Shown: positions 1 to 11,403 of the stretch, piece after piece
How the letters are laid out: the number at the start of each line of letters is the position of its first letter
How positions within the stretch are numbered: position 1 is the first letter of the stretch
NCBI GenBank assembly: GCA_013265495.1
Contig: MU058345.1
Span: 232,586-252,585 of the forward strand
DNA length: 20,000 bases
Direction of reading: 5' to 3'
DNA from: Vicugna vicugna
Lineage: Eukaryota
The notes under the pieces: generated by a model
Seen by the model: only the letters and a program-made list of their open reading frames with translations
Told to the model about the DNA's origin: nothing
Database searches by the model: none
Position numbers and translations under genes: made by a program

Positions 1-679
1 TTATTTCCACTCAGCTCCAAATTCTCCTTCATTGTGTGCTCAGTGACAATGGATGGAATTCTTCTAATCGTTTCTTCCTTAAAGCAGGTGCACAGAAGAC
101 AAAGGAAGGCGCTCTCCTACAGCTTCTGGCTACTGCAGGGTGGGCCAGCAGAGTGGGCGGGAAGGCCTCCTGTGGGATGCCGCCCCAGCCATGTGCCCGA
201 GGCTCCTGGGCACCAGGTAGCCTTGCAGCCTCAGCCCAGCAGTAACCTTCCGATGGAAGCAAGAGGCTTCCTGCCCCTCCCAGTGCCCCATCCCCTCTGC
301 AGACCCTCCCTTCCTTAGACCGTCTGCGGACGGGAAGTTTCCACCGAGTCTCAGTCTCTCTACAGCCCCTCCCTGAGGTCTGGAGGGTTGCTTCCAGCTG
401 CCTCAGTGACTGCTCTGACCTGGACACACCAACAAACTTCTCTGCTACCCAAAGGGCTAAAGCACACCTTCTCCAAGGAGGTCTGTGCTCCAGTCTCGGA
501 GAGGGGTGACCCTTCCAGCTTTATCTGTCTCAGGTAGTCTCCTTCGGCCCTAGGGGTCCATGTAGAGTTTTCTTATACCTTATAGTTCTTTCCCCATTAC
601 AGCTGAATAATTCTATCAAACTTCCTCTGTTTAGCTCTCTGTGAGGTTTCTATTTCCTGATTGGACCCAGGAGGATACA
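1..679 (+). mobile_element. ERVL-class solo LTR (LTR52/MER74-like), 5' end off the window edge
   Basis: Ends ...tttctatttcctgattggacccaggaggataCA (679), like the ERVL LTR 3' motif ctcctgattggaccctgactgataca; start ttatttccactcagctccaaattc resembles LTR52/MER74 5' ends. Subfamily from memory. Confidence 0.6.
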
Positions 680-954
680 TGTGCCGACTTTTGACCATTG
701 ACAGGAATCTGTGTGAATTTTCCAAAGCTATTACTTGAATTTATTTTTTTCCCAAGTCTGTGGCATGAAGTTGACCCACTCTGCTGTGTTACTTTACACA
801 TGTCATAAGAACCATGCCCAATGTAGTTCCATTTCTCTGCTCTTCCTCTCTGTGCATTGTTGTCATAAATTTTACTTTATACATGTGTTTAACTCTACAG
901 TTCATTGTTTTTGTTTGAAAGTTATCTTTAAAATGATTTTAAAAAGAAGAAACA

Positions 955-1095
955 GGGGGAGGGTATAGCTCATGTGGTAGAGAGCGTACTTAGTGTGCAC
1001 AAGGTCCTGGGTTTAATCCCCAGTACCTCCTCTATAAGTAAATAAATAAACCTAATTACCTCTCTCTTCCGCCTCAAAAATTTTTAGCAAATCCT
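955..1095 (+). mobile_element. Camelid tRNA-derived SINE (Vic-1 type)
   Basis: GGGGGAGGGTATAGCTCATGTGGTAGAG (A box)...GGGTTTAATCCCCAGTACCTCC (B box), tail aaataaataaacctaattacc; perfect TSD aaaaagaagaaaca at 941-954 and 1096-1109. Confidence 0.9.
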
Positions 1096-1493
1096 AAAAA
1101 GAAGAAACATGATTGAACATTTCCTGGTGTGTTTACCATTTCTAGCACTCTTCTTTCTTTTCCATAGATCCAAGCTTTTATCTAATGTTTATTTTCTTCA
1201 GCCAGAAGAAGTTCCTTTCATATTTCTCATAATGCGATCTTTTGGTGACAGATTCCTCAGCTATTATTTTCTGAAATAGCTTTTACTTTGCTTTCATTTT
1301 TGTAAGATATTGGCAGGATATAGAATTCTGATATGATGAATTGTTTAAGCACCATGAAGATGCTGTTCCACTGCCTTCTGGTTTCCATTGTGACTCTGAT
1401 TTCTCAGCCTGTAAGATGAGCTTTCCCCTTGTTTGCTTTAAATTCTTTTCTTTCTCTGTCTTGTTTAGAAATTTGAATTTAATGTGCCCTGGG

Positions 1494-1513
1494 GTGTGTG
1501 TGTGTGTGTGTGT
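1494..1513. repeat. (GT)10 microsatellite
   Basis: Directly visible. Confidence 0.9.
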
Positions 1514-1769
1514 TGGGGGGAGACATGAGAGAGAGACACTTAAGGTTCGTTGAGCTTCGTGAACTTGGGACTCCAGTTGTAGGTGTTTGATCATTTGACC
1601 TTTTTACATGGGGTCCCCAAGACCCTTTGAACTTCGACCTCTGTTCTCAACTCAGTGAGATTTCATGCTCTGCTAGGGCTATCCCTCCCTGTGATGTGAT
1701 TTGAAATTTGCTTCTAAGCAGAAAGAAAGGGGACAGTCGTAGGTTTAACTGAATAAGTCACATTTACAG

Positions 1770-3240
1770 ATGAACACTTCTGGGCCCAAACGAGTAACAG
1801 AGAAGCTGCTACTGCTGGGTGGAATGCAGCCCCACAAGCACTTGAAGCCCAAAGAGCAGACACTTGCTGCCAGGACCACCACACACCGCCACCTTCTAGG
1901 CTGGACACTGGACCAGAGGGAGAGCAGGGGACTTGGGGACTTGCCATCTGATCCCCTCACTATTGTGTTGCAGAACCAGCTGGAAGTTGTGCAACTTTCC
2001 CATAAGCTAGAGAAAGTTCTCCTGATTATATTAAGTGAAACTCTCCCCCGTTGTTAACAGTGAGCCAGGGCAATCGCTACAGAAGGGTATCCGCTGATGG
2101 ACACAGAATGGAGAGAGGCCGTGCCTTTTATCTTTAGTGGCTTGTTTTCAGAACTTGAGGGACACATTTACAACTTCCTTGATCTGCTTGGCAGATGAAC
2201 ATCAACTAGAGGCTTTGTGAAAATTTATTTTAGGAGTTGAAGGGCTGTGGGCTGTGGGCTGTGGTGGAGTAGAACAGAGGTGAGCAACAATTCAAATACA
2301 CAACTTGCTGTTTGTTGCCAGTACATGTAGAGCCGTCGTAAGGGGCCATTAGACAAGGCCAGTCAACCAAAACTGAAAAAGGGCCAGGTAACAGGACCAA
2401 CAAGCTCTTCTGCCGAGGAGAAAACAATCCAATTTGCAAATGAAAGCATGAGGCAGGAAGTCTGTGATGTTTGTGGCGGATGGCTGAGAATCGCCTTGCA
2501 CTCCATGCCTGCGTCCTGTGTAAACTGCAGCCCCTAGCACTGGGGCCAATGCATTTTGAGTCACTTGCTGTGACTGTATTGGAAAATGTATTTAAAATCT
2601 TGAAATGGATTTAACATTTAACACTGGCCTCCGATATCCCATGGACTATAATGAGTTCAGCTGGAAAGATAACTAGAAAATGGTTCAAAATCCATAAGTG
2701 AACATACAGTTGTTGGCAGATCGAAGAGACACAAAGCAAAAACAAAAACAAAAACAAAACTTAGATTAATGACTGTAATTCCAAACAGAATAGATAGAAA
2801 TGGAAGAAAGTGGAAAGTTGCAAATATGGTCTGGATTTCAGATTCTAAATTTTAACAGCAGCAATGTCCTCACTGCAACATCCGCCTGACAATCTTTTTG
2901 TGAGAGAAGGACATGGACCTGGAGGAACTGCAACTCAAAAATGTGAAGGTGACTTGCAGCGAACAGTTTTTGGTAGCTGCAAAATTGCGTGTGCCGTTAC
3001 GCACTTTTGACTTTCCAAGTACTGAAGATGGTAAAAAAGAGACAGGAAGTGGAGGTGAGTCTCACCACCACGATCAAGGGGAGTCCAACACAGATCAGGG
3101 GGTCAGCGGCATGAGCCCAGGCAGGGTGAGTGATGCAGGGATGTGGCGGTCGAGTGTCCTGCTGACCTTGCAGCCCTTGGAAAGCTGAGCAAAAGCATCC
3201 TTCTGTTGGGCCTGAAAGGCAGCTGAGAAGGCAAAGGGAC
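1770..3240 (+). pseudogene. Decayed THAP12/PRKRIR (p52rIPK)-like hAT transposase-derived coding region (DUF4371 + hAT dimerisation remnants)
   Basis: Collinear motifs across frameshifts versus human THAP12 (recalled): TLDQRES 1905-1925/TLEEKEN; EKVL 2010/EEVL; VVNSE 2050/AVNTL; GIR 2086/CIR; LICLADEHQLE 2179/LVRFVDESHNL; WAVVE*NRGE 2255-2284/WGLNMEYCRGQ; KY 2294/KYP; RQEVCDV 2451/RHDAFEI; HWGQCI 2538/RWNNYI; FESLAVTVLENVF 2555/FDFIVTIVVLKNVL; YNEF 2647/YHEF; CSEQFLVAAKLRVP 2955-2996/FSEQHLKALKCLSLVP; EVSLTTTI ~3052/DIELPSTI; VLLTL ~3156/VLCIL. Many stops, frameshifts and deletions. Confidence 0.75.
2737..2760. repeat. (CAAAAA)n simple repeat inside the THAP12-like relic
   Basis: caaaaacaaaaacaaaaacaaaac directly visible. 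Confidence 0.85.
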
Positions 3241-3257
3241 CCTCAGGGCCCCTACAC

Positions 3258-3980
3258 ATGGGAAAAGAAGAGATAAACTTGTATCTTTTCACAGATGATA
3301 CAACATACACCTAGAAAAGTCAATCAGCCCTGTTTGAAAAAAAACAAAGAACTTGAATTTATAAGGAAATTTTGTCATGTAGAAAAGATAAATATATGAA
3401 GATCAAAGGTATTCTTTCTATGAGCAGCTAGAAATAGAAATACAGAGTTCATCCCCAAAAGTGGCAAAAATAGAAGATACTCAGTAATGAATCTCACAGG
3501 CATGGTGTAGACCCCCATCTGAAGAAAGCCCTATACGTAGGGTCCTGTGAGTGACAAAAGACATGTTCTGAGTTAATGAAAAGATACACTCTATTCTTGT
3601 TTTAGAAGATTTAACTTCATTAAATACCATTTAACTCCCCAGATGTATAAATTAAATGAAATTTTAAGTAGTATTAAAATGGTTAAATTGAAAAAAAAGA
3701 CAATGGTGGGGGTAAGGGATCTGCCCTTGTAGATATTAAAATTCAGAGTCACTATCATGAAAATGCTATGGTAATAAACTTGACAAAGAGTTGAATAGAG
3801 GAGTAGAATAGAAAAGCAAGGGATAGAGCTCAGTATATGGGAATATCTGAGATGTTGTTCTTATCACTGCCAAAAAATTGTTACTGAGTAGGCTGACTGT
3901 CCATCTAGAAAAAAATCATATTGGAACTCCACCTTATAGCATAAATATAAATAAATTCCAGATGTATTAAAGATTTATCT
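3258..3980 (+). mobile_element. Old L1 ORF2 fragment (RT catalytic region onward)
   Basis: ggaaaagaagagataaacttgtatcttttcacagatgat = GKEEINLYLFTDD, versus L1 GKEEVKLSLFADD; ends with ataaattccagatgtattaaagattta (INSRWIKDL-like). Confidence 0.8.
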
Positions 3981-4789
3981 CTATTGCTGTAGTTTTATCT
4001 AATCTGTTGTTTCTAACTGCTGCATAAGAAGGTGTCTGTCCACCACATGGCATCTGTCACTTTTCCTGCTGAGGGACCAAGTTACCACTGATACCCCACA
4101 GTGAAGATCCTCATACTTGTTCCTTTACAGACAAGAACATAAAAGAGCTCTTTAAAAAAGTAATAATCTTTAGGATAAAGAAACCATTTTCTCACAAATG
4201 TACTGAGCATTAAATTAAAAGAGATTAAAGACAAGGGGCATAGCCAAGCATCCCCCAATTCAGCAGAGACTAGGAATTGGAGCGTGAAACCAGCAGCACA
4301 AATGAGCCCCCATCACTGACAGATCTGGAATGGACCGCCTCAAGGTGGGCTAAATGTTTCACAGTTCGCTTACAAGATAGGAATTAATTTACTCTCCTCT
4401 TGTAGCATGGCCATGGAAATGAACCGCTTTGGCATTGGAAGAGCAGCGACCTGTTTCCACCTGGGGGAGGAGGTGGGGATGCCCCATCCCTCCCACCCAC
4501 ACGAGCTACCCTCGGCTGCCACCACAGCAGAGCACAGTCTTGGGGAAGGGAAGACAGGTTGTCTCCCCCAAGAACAACTCATTATTCAGATAAACTAAGT
4601 GTAAGAGCTCCATGTGACCAACAATCAGAAACTGGAAGCCCCCCGTGGGGGACCCACCCCCCAGAGGGACAGCGTGCCACTACCTTGTGCGGAGCTGGAG
4701 AGCAGGAGGAGGGAAGAAACCAGATCAGTTATAGACAAAATAAACTATAATTTTCTTTGCAATTTGGCAACAATTTAAAGACAATAAGC

Positions 4790-5730
4790 GATTTTCTGGC
4801 TGGGATATAAAAGGATGTAGAAAGATCTTTGTTTCCGTGGTAACGCCCCAAAATTTAGGTATTACTTGTACTTATCTATGAAACCGTTGAAGAGAGGTGG
4901 ATGTGAGAAAATCCCAGATGGACTGCTTATCAGAGAGAGGAGCCTTTTACACATGACTGTCAAGCAGTGGCAGTTTCCGAAGGCGATGTTGGAGAAGAAA
5001 GCCTGCCAAGACCGAGACAGAGGAAAAGACCGGCAACGTGGGGACGGCTGGAGAGATGGGCATCTAGGAGACTCTTAAAGGCAGCAATGATTTACGTAAA
5101 CTAATAATTCTTGGTGGCTTCCTGCTCCTGTTTGGCAGAGGAAAGGGCAGTGATGGTGGACCTAGAGAATATATATAAAATATATATAAAAGACTAGTCT
5201 CATGCATTCTCACAGTTGCCTAGAAAAAAGGGGCCTTTCTACTATGGATTCAAAAGATGGAACTGAAGTCCAGCCCCCACCAGGATCTGAGATTAAACCT
5301 TGACAGGATCACAGAAATTAGTCTTGGACAGGAGCCACTGTGGTGCTGGGAGGAAGGCTAACCAGAAAAAGGTCCATATTAAAAATTGCTGCCTTCAGCC
5401 CAGATTAACTTGCAACATGGTGACATCTGAATAATCACTTCCTCACTTTAGCAGCCACTCATTGGACAGAGACTGCACACTCTCATAAACAAAAACAAAG
5501 AAAATAGTTGTATCATTAAACCTCCACTGTTATCTATATATAATACAATTCAATATATCATAAAACATTGGGAGATATGTGAAGAAGTGGAACCCATAAA
5601 AACAAATCAAAAGACTGCTCTGAAAAATAAAGTCTACTAATTAAAAAAAAAATCAAAAGAAACAAATCTACAGAAACCCAGATACCAGAATTAGCAGAAA
5701 AGCAGCTTAAAACGAGATTATAAATGTATT
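4790..5730 (+). mobile_element. Probable old L1 5'UTR/ORF1 start
   Basis: A-rich 5560-5730 (cccagataccagaattagcagaaaagcagcttaaaacgagattataaatgtattt) resembles the start of old L1 ORF1; 4790-4840 resembles L1MC-type 5' ends. Boundaries approximate. Confidence 0.45.
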
Positions 5731-5880
5731 TGGCTCGTGGCACTACCTTGGGATGGCTCTGTCCCTCAGGTAAAGATCACTGTCCCTCTTGGAGAGGCTG
5801 ACTCTGCTGGACTCCTTCTCATCCCGGGCTCCACTAATGACTCCCCCTCCGTGGTCATTAAGGTCTGCAGGTGGTCACAG
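5731..5880 (+). mobile_element. Possible ERVL LTR fragment (LTR33-like)
   Basis: cccgggctccactaatgactccccctcc...aggtctgcaggtggtcacag resembles the LTR33 motif caggcctaggggtggtaacggc; weak match. Confidence 0.3.
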
Positions 5881-6229
5881 ATGACTGTAATAGGTAAACG
5901 ATGGCAAAGCTGAGTAACTGAAACAGGAGGAGAAGTCACCTTGACAGGTTCTGATTGGGGAAGCACCTTGAGGCCCCAGAGTGAAGGAGTTCAGTCAGTT
6001 TATATCTATTCACCAAACAAAATGTATTTATATAATATTCCAGCTTTGAGACAAATAAAAAAAATTCCTTTTGGAATTTTTACTACTCTCAATTATAAGA
6101 AAATAGGCACACTTTGGAAAATAAAATTAAACTGTAGTTTCTCTATGCGTTATGCAAATTAGTGATGTGACTTTGGGACCTTTTATAAAAGAATGCCACC
6201 AAAATAAAAAAATAAATGAAGTACTTGGA

Positions 6230-7640
6230 AAAAAAAGAATAAAGAAAGGATATTGTCACAGATCCTATTATTAATGGGATAAAGTGGGATTGCTATGAAA
6301 AATTTTATGCCAATACATTTAAAAATGTAGATTGAAAGCAAAAACTTTAGAAACAGTTTGCTATAAGAAGGGATAAGAGATAAGAAGAAAAAGAGATAGG
6401 ATATCCTTTATCTGTTCTTGCGATAAGAAGAAAAAGAACATCTGAATAGCTCAGTGTTAGTAACTTATTATAATAAATGTTAAATATTAAAAATAAAATA
6501 CAGTTATAAAATATATAATAAACATTAAAATAATTTGTTATTAAAAACCATGCCACAGGAAAACTGGCTCACAAGCCTTGTTGACTTCAATTAAACATTC
6601 AAAGAAGAACTACCAATCTTAAATAAAATCTTTCAGAAAACAGAGAACGCAAAATTTCCCAGTTTACTTTGAGGCCAGCATCTCTCTACATGAAAACCTT
6701 AGGAAGAAATTACAAGAAAAGAAAATTACACACCAATATTTCTTAAGAACTTTGGCACAAAAATCTTTAACAAAACTTGACAAAATCTAGCAATATTATA
6801 AAAAGGTTACTATATGTTCACCATGTGGGTTTTATCCTAGGTAAGGAAGATTGGCTTAATATTTGAAAATCAAACATAATTCCCCTCACCATGTTTAACA
6901 ATATAGGAAAATAATCAACAGATACAAATGAAAAATTGGAAATATTCAATACCTCTTTATGACAAAAACTCACTGTGTTTTTTTTTCTCTTCCCTAAAAA
7001 CCAAGGATAAAAAGAAACTTTCTCGATTTGATAAAGGACATCAACAAAAACCTACAACTATGATTACACTAAATGGTGACATTATATGCTTTTCTTCTAA
7101 AGATTGAGAGCAAGGCAAGGATGTCTGTCCTCATCATTTGTATTCAACATCATAGTGTATGTCCCAGCCTTATTAATTAAAAATTAGTTTTGAAAATTAC
7201 ATCTTGGGAAGTGATGGAAACGTTAGCTATCTTGATTGTGGTGGTGGTTTCATGGGTGTATGCATCTATCAAAATTCATCAAATTGTACATCTGAAATAT
7301 GTGTAGTTTACTGTACAGGAGCCATACCACAATAAAGGTGTCTTTAAAAAAGAATTCGTAAGGCAAAAGAAAGAAATTAAAGCTGTAAAGACTGTAAAAC
7401 AAGAAGGCTTTTTTTGTAGGTGATGTGATAGCCTATATAATAGAGAACATTTACTTCTGAGTCCAAAGTCTGAATAGTTAGTATACAGTTTGCAAAGTTT
7501 GTGGGAGAAACAAACTAGAAATATAAATAAACCAATCTGGAACAAAGGAATATCAAAGGCTATCTCATTAAAATTATATCAATGAATTAAACTATTTTTG
7601 CTTTGCCTAAATTTTAAAATAGATACAAAAGGCAGCAAAA
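6230..7640 (+). mobile_element. Old L1 ORF2 reverse-transcriptase fragment
   Basis: RKENYTPIFLKNFGTKIFNK (~6715) vs KKENYRPISLMNIDAKILNK; VGFILG (~6825) vs VGFIPG; ARQGCLSSSFVFNI (~7110) vs TRQGCPLSPLLFNI; resumes VRQKKEIK at ~7358. Confidence 0.85.
7200..7352 (+). mobile_element. L1MC/MD-type 3' end nested inside the L1 ORF2 fragment
   Basis: gtgatggaaacgttagctatcttgattgtggtggtggtttcatgggtgtatgc...aataaa...aaaaaagaa is the typical old L1 3'UTR with polyA signal. The host ORF2 continues on both sides. Confidence 0.75.
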
Positions 7641-8400
7641 CTAACACAAAATAAAATTTATAGTGGAGAAAACCGCATATAGTAACATTTAGATTTGTAC
7701 AATTCAATCTGAGAAAATTGCATTTTGGTGGAAATAATGGCTACACAGGAAAACTCACAAAAGTAGAACATTCGGAGGTAAAATTCAACGTTTGATCTCC
7801 CAATTAGTTTATTTAACATGTATAATTTTTTTTTCACATGAAAAATAATTGATTCCAATGAATAAGATTTTAATAAAATATACATAAAATTGGGAAAAAT
7901 AGAATTTCTTTATAGTACTTTTAGAATAATGGAATTAAATTGGTTTAGTGGAATTTACTTGGTATATTTTCTCACAGATATTTTAATTTGAAGATTTAAG
8001 TAGAGGAACTCCCAAAAGCTGGCATAAATAGGACTTTTAGACTCCCAAGACATCGTAGGGAGCTTATTTAAGGCTGACTGTGACTATGGGAAAAAATATG
8101 GGAGAATTAGCCCAGAGTCAGATAAAATCCTTCACTTTCAGCAAAGTCTTGCTATTACAAAGCTGCCCACATCAATGTAGTTTAACTTACAAGGTACCAA
8201 AGTGAGTTTGCCTGCTCTTAAAATGACAGGTTAAGATAAGGGCCCAGCAGATGAACAGCTGTTACTGCAGGTGACTGTATATGCACCGCATTTTTGGTTC
8301 AGAATGGAGTGAAGCTGAGCCACATAGAATTTTCAGAGCAATTTCTTTTTAGACACCCCTAAAAGGCTGTAACTTGATGCCTGCCAATGTCTATATTTCA

Positions 8401-8414
8401 CCACTAGATGTCAC
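8401..8414 (+). promoter_or_regulatory. Candidate CTCF core motif CCACTAGATGTCAC
   Basis: Close to the CTCF consensus CCASYAGRKGGCRC (one G>T change); lies in apparently unique sequence. Motif only. Confidence 0.4.
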
Positions 8415-8441
8415 TGGGAGTTAAACAATTACTGAGCAGAC

Positions 8442-9036
8442 CGTGGCATATTGGAAGGTTTCCATATTGCTCATAAAACCTGATAGTTTCAGACACCTCT
8501 TGTGTCCTGCCTCACATCTTCTCAGCCCACTATTTTCCCTCTAGCCATTGCTAAGGCAGCTGGTTATAGAACCTAACTTCAGCTGTGCTGCGTATTTTTT
8601 GCATTTTTGCACTAAGGCTTTTCTCCTGATGTGGTTGGGCCACCTGTGAGAAGCTGCTTATCACATTTGGATGCTCAAAACTGCAACTGTGGAGGAATTA
8701 ACACACCATGGGGCAATCCTTGACTGTTAGGGGACAGGGGTCATGGCTATGGGCTCCCCTCATATCTCTCAGGCTGACAACACAGGGACTGAATCTGCGT
8801 GACTGGTCTGAGGGTTCTAATTGCATCAGATGCTAGTTTTCCATAGTGAAGGTCCCTCTGATAACACATCATTGTGCTGGCTTTCTCTGTTTTCCTGTTG
8901 TACCCAGTGTCCCACTCCTAATACCTGGTATCGTGTCCCAGAATAAACTCCTACCTATAAAGCTCCCCGTGTCGGAGTTTACTTTGACTTTCTCTCCTTT
9001 CCTATTTTAGATCTGCTTTCTGGAAGGAAGCTAAGA
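8442..9036 (+). mobile_element. ERVL solo LTR (LTR16 family)
   Basis: gaattaacacaccatggggcaatccttgac, ctgataacacatcattgtgctggctttctctg and cccagaataaactcctacc match LTR16 landmarks (gagttaacgcccc-ggggcaacccttgacc; cccaaataaactacctgca). Confidence 0.65.
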
Positions 9037-9155
9037 ATAACCCACAACCCTGATAAAGAATATTTCCAGCACCCAGAAGTCTCCTTCACGGCTCCACTTC
9101 TCAGTCTGTCCTTTTAAAGACAACAAATATTCTGATCTCTGTGACCAGAGTTTAG

Positions 9156-10176
9156 GTTTTTTTTTTTTTTAATTACAGTCAGTTTACAGTGTTGTGTCAA
9201 TTTCTAGTGTACAGCATAATGATGCAGTCATGCATATACATATGTATATTCCTTTTCATATACTTTTTCATTGTAGGTTACTACAAGATATTGAATACAG
9301 TTCCCTGTGCTATATGGTAGACACTTGTTTATCTATTTTATATAGAGTAGTTAGTACCTGCAAATCTCGAAACTCCAGTTTATCCCTTCCCACCCACTTT
9401 CCCCTGTCGTAACCATAAGTTTGTTTTCTGTGTCTGTGAGTTTGTTTCTATTTTGTAAATAGGTTCATGTGTCTTTTATTTTTTTTTAGGTTCCACATAT
9501 GAGTAATATCATATGAGTATTTTTCTTTCTTTCTGTCTTACTTCCCTTAGAATGATGATCCCCAGGTCCATTCACATTGATGCAAATGGCATTATGATAT
9601 TCTTTTTAATTGCTGACTAGTATTCAGTTGTATATATATACCATAATTCTTTATCCAGTCATCTGTTAGTGGACATTTAGGTTGCTTCCATGTCTTGGCT
9701 GTTGTAAATAGTGCTGCTGTGAACATTGAGGTGCATGTATCTTTTTGAATTAGAGTTCCCTCTGGATAGATGTCCAGGACTGGGATTGCTGAATCATAGG
9801 GTAAGTCTATTTTTAGTTTTTTGATGATTCTCCATACTGTTTTCCATACTGGCTGAACCAAATTACATTCCAACCAGCAGTGTAAGAGGGTTCCCTTTTC
9901 TCCACACCCTCTCCAGCATGTATTGTTTGTGGACTTTTTGTTTGTTTGTTTGTGGATTTTTAAATGATGGCCATTCTGACTGGTGTGAGGTGATACCTCA
10001 CTGTAGTTTTGATTTGCATTTCTCTGATAATTAGTGATATTGAGCATTTATTCATGTGCCTATTGGCCATTTGTATGTCTTCATTGGAAAAGTGCTTGAT
10101 TAGCTCTTCTGCCTATTTTTGGATTGGGTTATTTGTTTTTTTTTTTGTTATTAAGTTGTATGAACTGTTTATATAT
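9156..10176 (-). mobile_element. Younger lineage-specific 5'-truncated L1 (ORF2 C-terminus, 3'UTR, polyA)
   Basis: ORF 9592-10047(-) [30 protein letters not shown]...KTWKQPKCP is the L1 ORF2 Cys-rich C-terminus; polyT at 9157-9170; TSD cagagtttag at 9146-9155 and 10177-10186. Confidence 0.92.
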
Positions 10177-10421
10177 CAGAGTTTAGTTTTGATTCTGTTT
10201 TTGAATTTTATGTAACTAGAATCATACAATAAGACCTAATTTTGTGTCTGCCTTCTTTCACTCCGTGAGTGTTATTCATGTTATGGCATGTAGCAGTAAT
10301 TTATTATTTTTCATTGCCATGTAGCATTCCATTGTATGAATATATCACAGCTTATCCATTCTTTGGTGGATGGATATTGGAATTATTTCCAGATTTTAGC
10401 TATGTTGAATAATACTGTTTA

Positions 10422-10564
10422 TTTTTTGTTTGTTTGTTTGTTTGTTTGTTTTTGTGGGGAAGGTAATTAGGTTTATTTATTTTTAGAGGAAGCCCTGGGG
10501 ATTGAACCCAGGTCGTTGTGCATGCTAAGCATGTACTTTACCACTTGAGCTATACCTTCTCCCC
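10422..10564 (-). mobile_element. Camelid tRNA-derived SINE (Vic-1 type)
   Basis: Reverse complement GGGGAGAAGGTATAGCTCAAGTGGTAAAG...GGGTTCAATCCCCAG with (AAAC)n tail; TSD gaataatactgttta 10407-10421 and gaataatgctgttta 10565-10579 (1 mismatch). Confidence 0.9.
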
Positions 10565-11213
10565 GAATAATGCTGTTTAGAACATTTTTTTGTGCATGCC
10601 TTTTGTGAACATTAACGCTCATTTGTCTTGGGAATATACATATAAGTGAAATTGTCAGGTCACGGGTTATACATATTTTTTGCATTTAATAGATGCTGTC
10701 AAATAAGTTATTGTAGTATTTTACCAGTTTACCTTACATCTTCTCCACATCCTTACTCATGTTTGATATTATTAACCCTTTTAATTTTAACCATTCTGGC
10801 GGAGGTGTGGTGTATCCAAGTGTTATTTTGGTTTGGGTTTCTCTGTTGACTAATGATACTTAACATATTTTTGTGTGCTTATTAGCTGTTTACATACACT
10901 CTTTTGTGTAGTACCAGTTTAAGTTTTTAGCTGTTTGTGTGTGTGTGTTTGTGGTAGGGAGGGGAGATCAATCTTTTTCTTACTGAACTGAAGTCCTTTG
11001 TAATTTCTATACACTAGTCCCTTGTTGGATATGCGTTGTGGACATTTTCTACCAGTATTTGGTTTACTTTTCACTCTCTTATAGTGGCATTTTGATGCAA
11101 AGAATTTGTTGTTAATGGAATACAGTTTATTGATTTTTTTCATTATGACTATTATTATCTACTCTTGTAAATTATTTACCCCTGCCCCAAAGTCATGAGA
11201 TTTTCTCCTTATT

Positions 11214-11403
11214 CCTTGATTCTCAAACTTGAGCAGGCATCAGAATCATCTGGAAGTCTTTTTAAAGCGCTTGCTGTTGGTACACAAACCTCCAGACTTT
11301 CTCATTATTTATGTCAGAGAAGAAGCCCAAGAATTTGCATTTCTTACAACTTCCAGATGGTGCTGATGCTGCTGATCTGGGGATCACAGTTTATAAACCG
11401 TTG
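11214..11403 (+). mobile_element. MER5A (hAT-Charlie non-autonomous DNA transposon), full length ~190 bp
   Basis: ttctcaaacttgagcaggcatcagaatcatctgga...agaatttgcatttcttacaacttccagatggtgctgatgctgctgatctggggatcacagtttataaaccgttg follows the MER5A consensus end to end. Confidence 0.85.

Larger units (their letters stand above)
780..1750 (-). mobile_element. Old L1 (L1M-type) fragment: ORF1 C-terminal part plus 5'UTR piece
   Basis: ORF 1283-1594(-) contains QVHEAQRT...TPGHIKFKFLNKTEKEKNLK, matching L1 ORF1p QIQEAQRTP...TPRHIIIKLLKTKDKEKILK. 1620-1750 resembles L1ME/MC 5'UTR. Interrupted by a SINE and a (GT)n. Confidence 0.75.

Noticed and set aside
29..427. Overlapping ORFs of 69-132 aa
   Set aside because: Lie within an ERVL LTR; no recognisable protein similarity.
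955..1030. tRNA gene
   Set aside because: The A/B boxes belong to a SINE with tail and TSD; the same applies to 10490-10564.
2008..2170. Parvovirus Rep/NS1-like endogenous viral element (SPDYI...NRY...FYL*W)
   Set aside because: No Walker A motif follows; other frames give a much longer collinear THAP12-like match.
3051..3060. Perfect splice donor GAG|GTGAGT
   Set aside because: Falls inside the THAP12-like EVSLTTTI motif and homology continues past it; probably coincidental.
4040..4053. CTCF-like ccaccacatggcat
   Set aside because: Mismatch at the near-invariant AG core.
4000..4790. Unassigned stretch with short ORFs and a half REST-like ggacagcg
   Set aside because: No recognisable peptide; left half-site absent; probably decayed repeat or neutral DNA.
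6152..6159. Octamer ATGCAAAT
   Set aside because: Single 8-mer in AT-rich DNA; expected by chance.
9592..10047. 151-aa ORF as a host gene
   Set aside because: Frameshifted L1 ORF2 C-terminus.
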